Below are positions 62,750 to 64,000 of a DNA stretch of 64,000 bases, in pieces. Position 1 is the stretch's first letter. Each line of letters begins with the position of its first letter. The notes under the pieces were generated by a model. It saw only the letters and a program-made list of their open reading frames with translations. It ran no database searches and was not told the origin of the DNA. The DNA is from Chloroflexia bacterium (GTDB taxonomy: Bacteria > Chloroflexota > Chloroflexia > DTKN01). Position numbers and translations under genes: made by a program. The stretch is taken from assembly GCA_016928715.1 (NCBI GenBank), contig JAFGKG010000112.1, positions 969 to 64,968 on the forward strand, given 5' to 3'.

Positions 62750-63997
62750 ATGACGGCCCCGCGCGGACCCGGAAAGAAATGGCTGAACCTGGCCCTGCTG
62801 GCCGCTGCCTGCCTCTACGTCCTGTTCACCCTGGGCTCCCTGCTGGGCCGGGGCCTCTTTGAGACCGTGGGCGGGGATTACCGGGCCTTTCGCTCCTCAG
62901 CCCAGATTGCCACCCAGGTGGGCTTTGCCCAGGTCTATGACCTGGATCTCCAAGAGCAGTACCAGCGCGCCCTCTACGATGCCTATGCCCGTATCCCCGT
63001 TCTCTACATGACCGTACCCGCGCCGCTTTTGCCCCCATTTATCCTGATCTTTGTGCCCCTGCTGCTCTTGCCGCCGCTGCCCGGCCTGATCGCCTGGACG
63101 GTCCTGCAGGTGCTCCTGCTGTGGCTCTACCTCCGACGGTTCCTCGGAGCCCTGGAGGGTTTCGAGGAGCGGGGGGTTTTCGCCCTGCTCCTCTGCTCCT
63201 TTCCCTTGTTCTGGAACCTGCTCTTTGGACAGATCAACCTTTTTCTGCTCATCTTTGTGGGGGAATTCCTGCTGGCCTATCTGCGCGGGCGCGAAATCGT
63301 CAGCGGCCTCTGGCTGGGCGGCCTGCTGCTCAAGCCCCAGGCGCTGATCCTGCTGCTGCCGGGGCTGCTGCTGCGGCGGAGCTTCAAGGCCTTGGCCGGC
63401 TTTGGTCTGGCCGGCCTGGCCGTCTTGGGCCTTTCGCTGCTGCTGGGCGGCCCGGAGGGCCTGATCGCCCTGGGTCGGCTGATCCTGGGCTATGCCGAGG
63501 GGCTGCAGACGAACGTCCCCCAATTTATGGTCAATTGGCGCGCCCTGGCCCTCAACCTGGGCGAGTTGATCCCGGCCCCCATAGCCTGGGGTGTGGCTAT
63601 CGCCGGCATGCTGCTGACGGCCGGGGTGGCGCTGGCCTTCTGGCTGCGCCCCCGGCAGTCCTCTCCGACACAGTTCGGCCTGGTCCTGCTGGGCACCTAC
63701 GCCGCCACCTGCGCCGTCACCTGGCACTCGCACATCCAGATGACCCTGCCCCTGGTCGTGCTGCTGCTCTTTTTGGAATCCAGGGGCCAGGTGGATCGGC
63801 GCTTGCTGATCGCCTGGGCCCTCGTCCCGGCCGCGGTCTATTTTGCGGCCCTGCTGCCTCTGCCGGCCATCCCCCAGCGCTTGACCGGATTTAGCATGTT
63901 AGTCCTGAACCTCTACCTCGTGTACCGGGCGGCCCGGCAGCTCTGGAGCGCTGAACCAGAGCGCGGTGCCGGCCTGGCCGAGGGTTGGACCTATTGA
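62750..63997 (+). CDS. polytopic membrane protein, DUF2029/GT87-like (GT-C fold) putative glycosyltransferase
   Basis: 415 aa with about 10 TM helices. An N-terminal loop motif GGDYRAFRSSAQIA...VYD resembles DUF2029. Family call by eye. Confidence 0.55.
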   Translation: MTAPRGPGKKWLNLALLAAACLYVLFTLGSLLGRGLFETVGGDYRAFRSSAQIATQVGFAQVYDLDLQEQYQRALYDAYARIPVLYMTVPAPLLPPFILIFVPLLLLPPLPGLIAWTVLQVLLLWLYLRRFLGALEGFEERGVFALLLCSFPLFWNLLFGQINLFLLIFVGEFLLAYLRGREIVSGLWLGGLLLKPQALILLLPGLLLRRSFKALAGFGLAGLAVLGLSLLLGGPEGLIALGRLILGYAEGLQTNVPQFMVNWRALALNLGELIPAPIAWGVAIAGMLLTAGVALAFWLRPRQSSPTQFGLVLLGTYAATCAVTWHSHIQMTLPLVVLLLFLESRGQVDRRLLIAWALVPAAVYFAALLPLPAIPQRLTGFSMLVLNLYLVYRAARQLWSAEPERGAGLAEGWTY

Positions 63998-64000
63998 GGG

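Noticed and set aside
1-64000. CRISPR arrays, tRNA/rRNA genes, transposases, integrases and prophage genes.
   Set aside because: I scanned the intergenic regions by eye. I found no regularly spaced direct repeats, no T-loop GGTTCGAATCC-type tRNA signatures and no recombinase or transposase motifs. The only repeats found are the hairpin or palindromic elements and the in-frame 18-nt repeats already listed.

Overview
This is a high-GC (by eye roughly mid-60s percent) bacterial chromosomal segment with about 50 credible protein genes. I found no rRNA, tRNA, CRISPR array, transposase or integrase. Many long antisense or alternate-frame ORFs in the track are high-GC artefacts. Taxonomy is a guess only: the PASTA Ser/Thr kinase, many glycosyltransferases and very clean TTGACA-17-TAnAAT promoters suggest a Chloroflexota-like or other monoderm-type lineage. 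Recognisable blocks, in order: (1) GNAT, lipoprotein, DUF2807, YqaE, xth, tatC. (2) An operon encoding a Clp/Hsp100-like double-AAA+ protein fused to a CheY-type receiver, followed by two tandem YbjN-like paralogs. (3) A 1304-aa tandem-cyclase/AAA/TPR signalling protein that appears to be transcribed leaderless. (4) copA with a CsoR-type palindrome. (5) GT4, a membrane-anchored S8 protease, a DUF1232 protein, a PASTA kinase, an O-antigen-ligase-like protein and gmhA. (6) A CODH/ACS (Wood-Ljungdahl carbonyl branch) cluster: cooS-acsB and a CBS protein-acsD-acsC, preceded by an HMA-fold protein lacking the CxxC motif. (7) pspC, three GT2 genes, udk, and prfB with the classical +1 frameshift. (8) A translationally coupled transglutaminase membrane protein plus a DnaB_C-only ATPase. 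(9) GT4 plus two SAM methyltransferases. (10) dnaX-ybaB-recR-roadblock, prmA and rsmE. (11) A Cache-HAMP-STAS sensor, a PLP transsulfuration enzyme and a Pro/Thr-repeat lipoprotein. (12) A degenerate plus an intact UvrD-like helicase pair followed by a TPR protein. (13) A low-GC secreted glycosidase-like gene, a P2-type cation ATPase and a DUF2029-like membrane protein. The candidates I consider most likely to be undescribed systems are the Clp-REC/YbjN operon, the transglutaminase/DnaB_C pair and the nuclease-less UvrD-like pair with TPR. Several long structured intergenic palindromes and REP-like hairpins are also present. All functional calls rest on motif recognition by eye; no database search was run.
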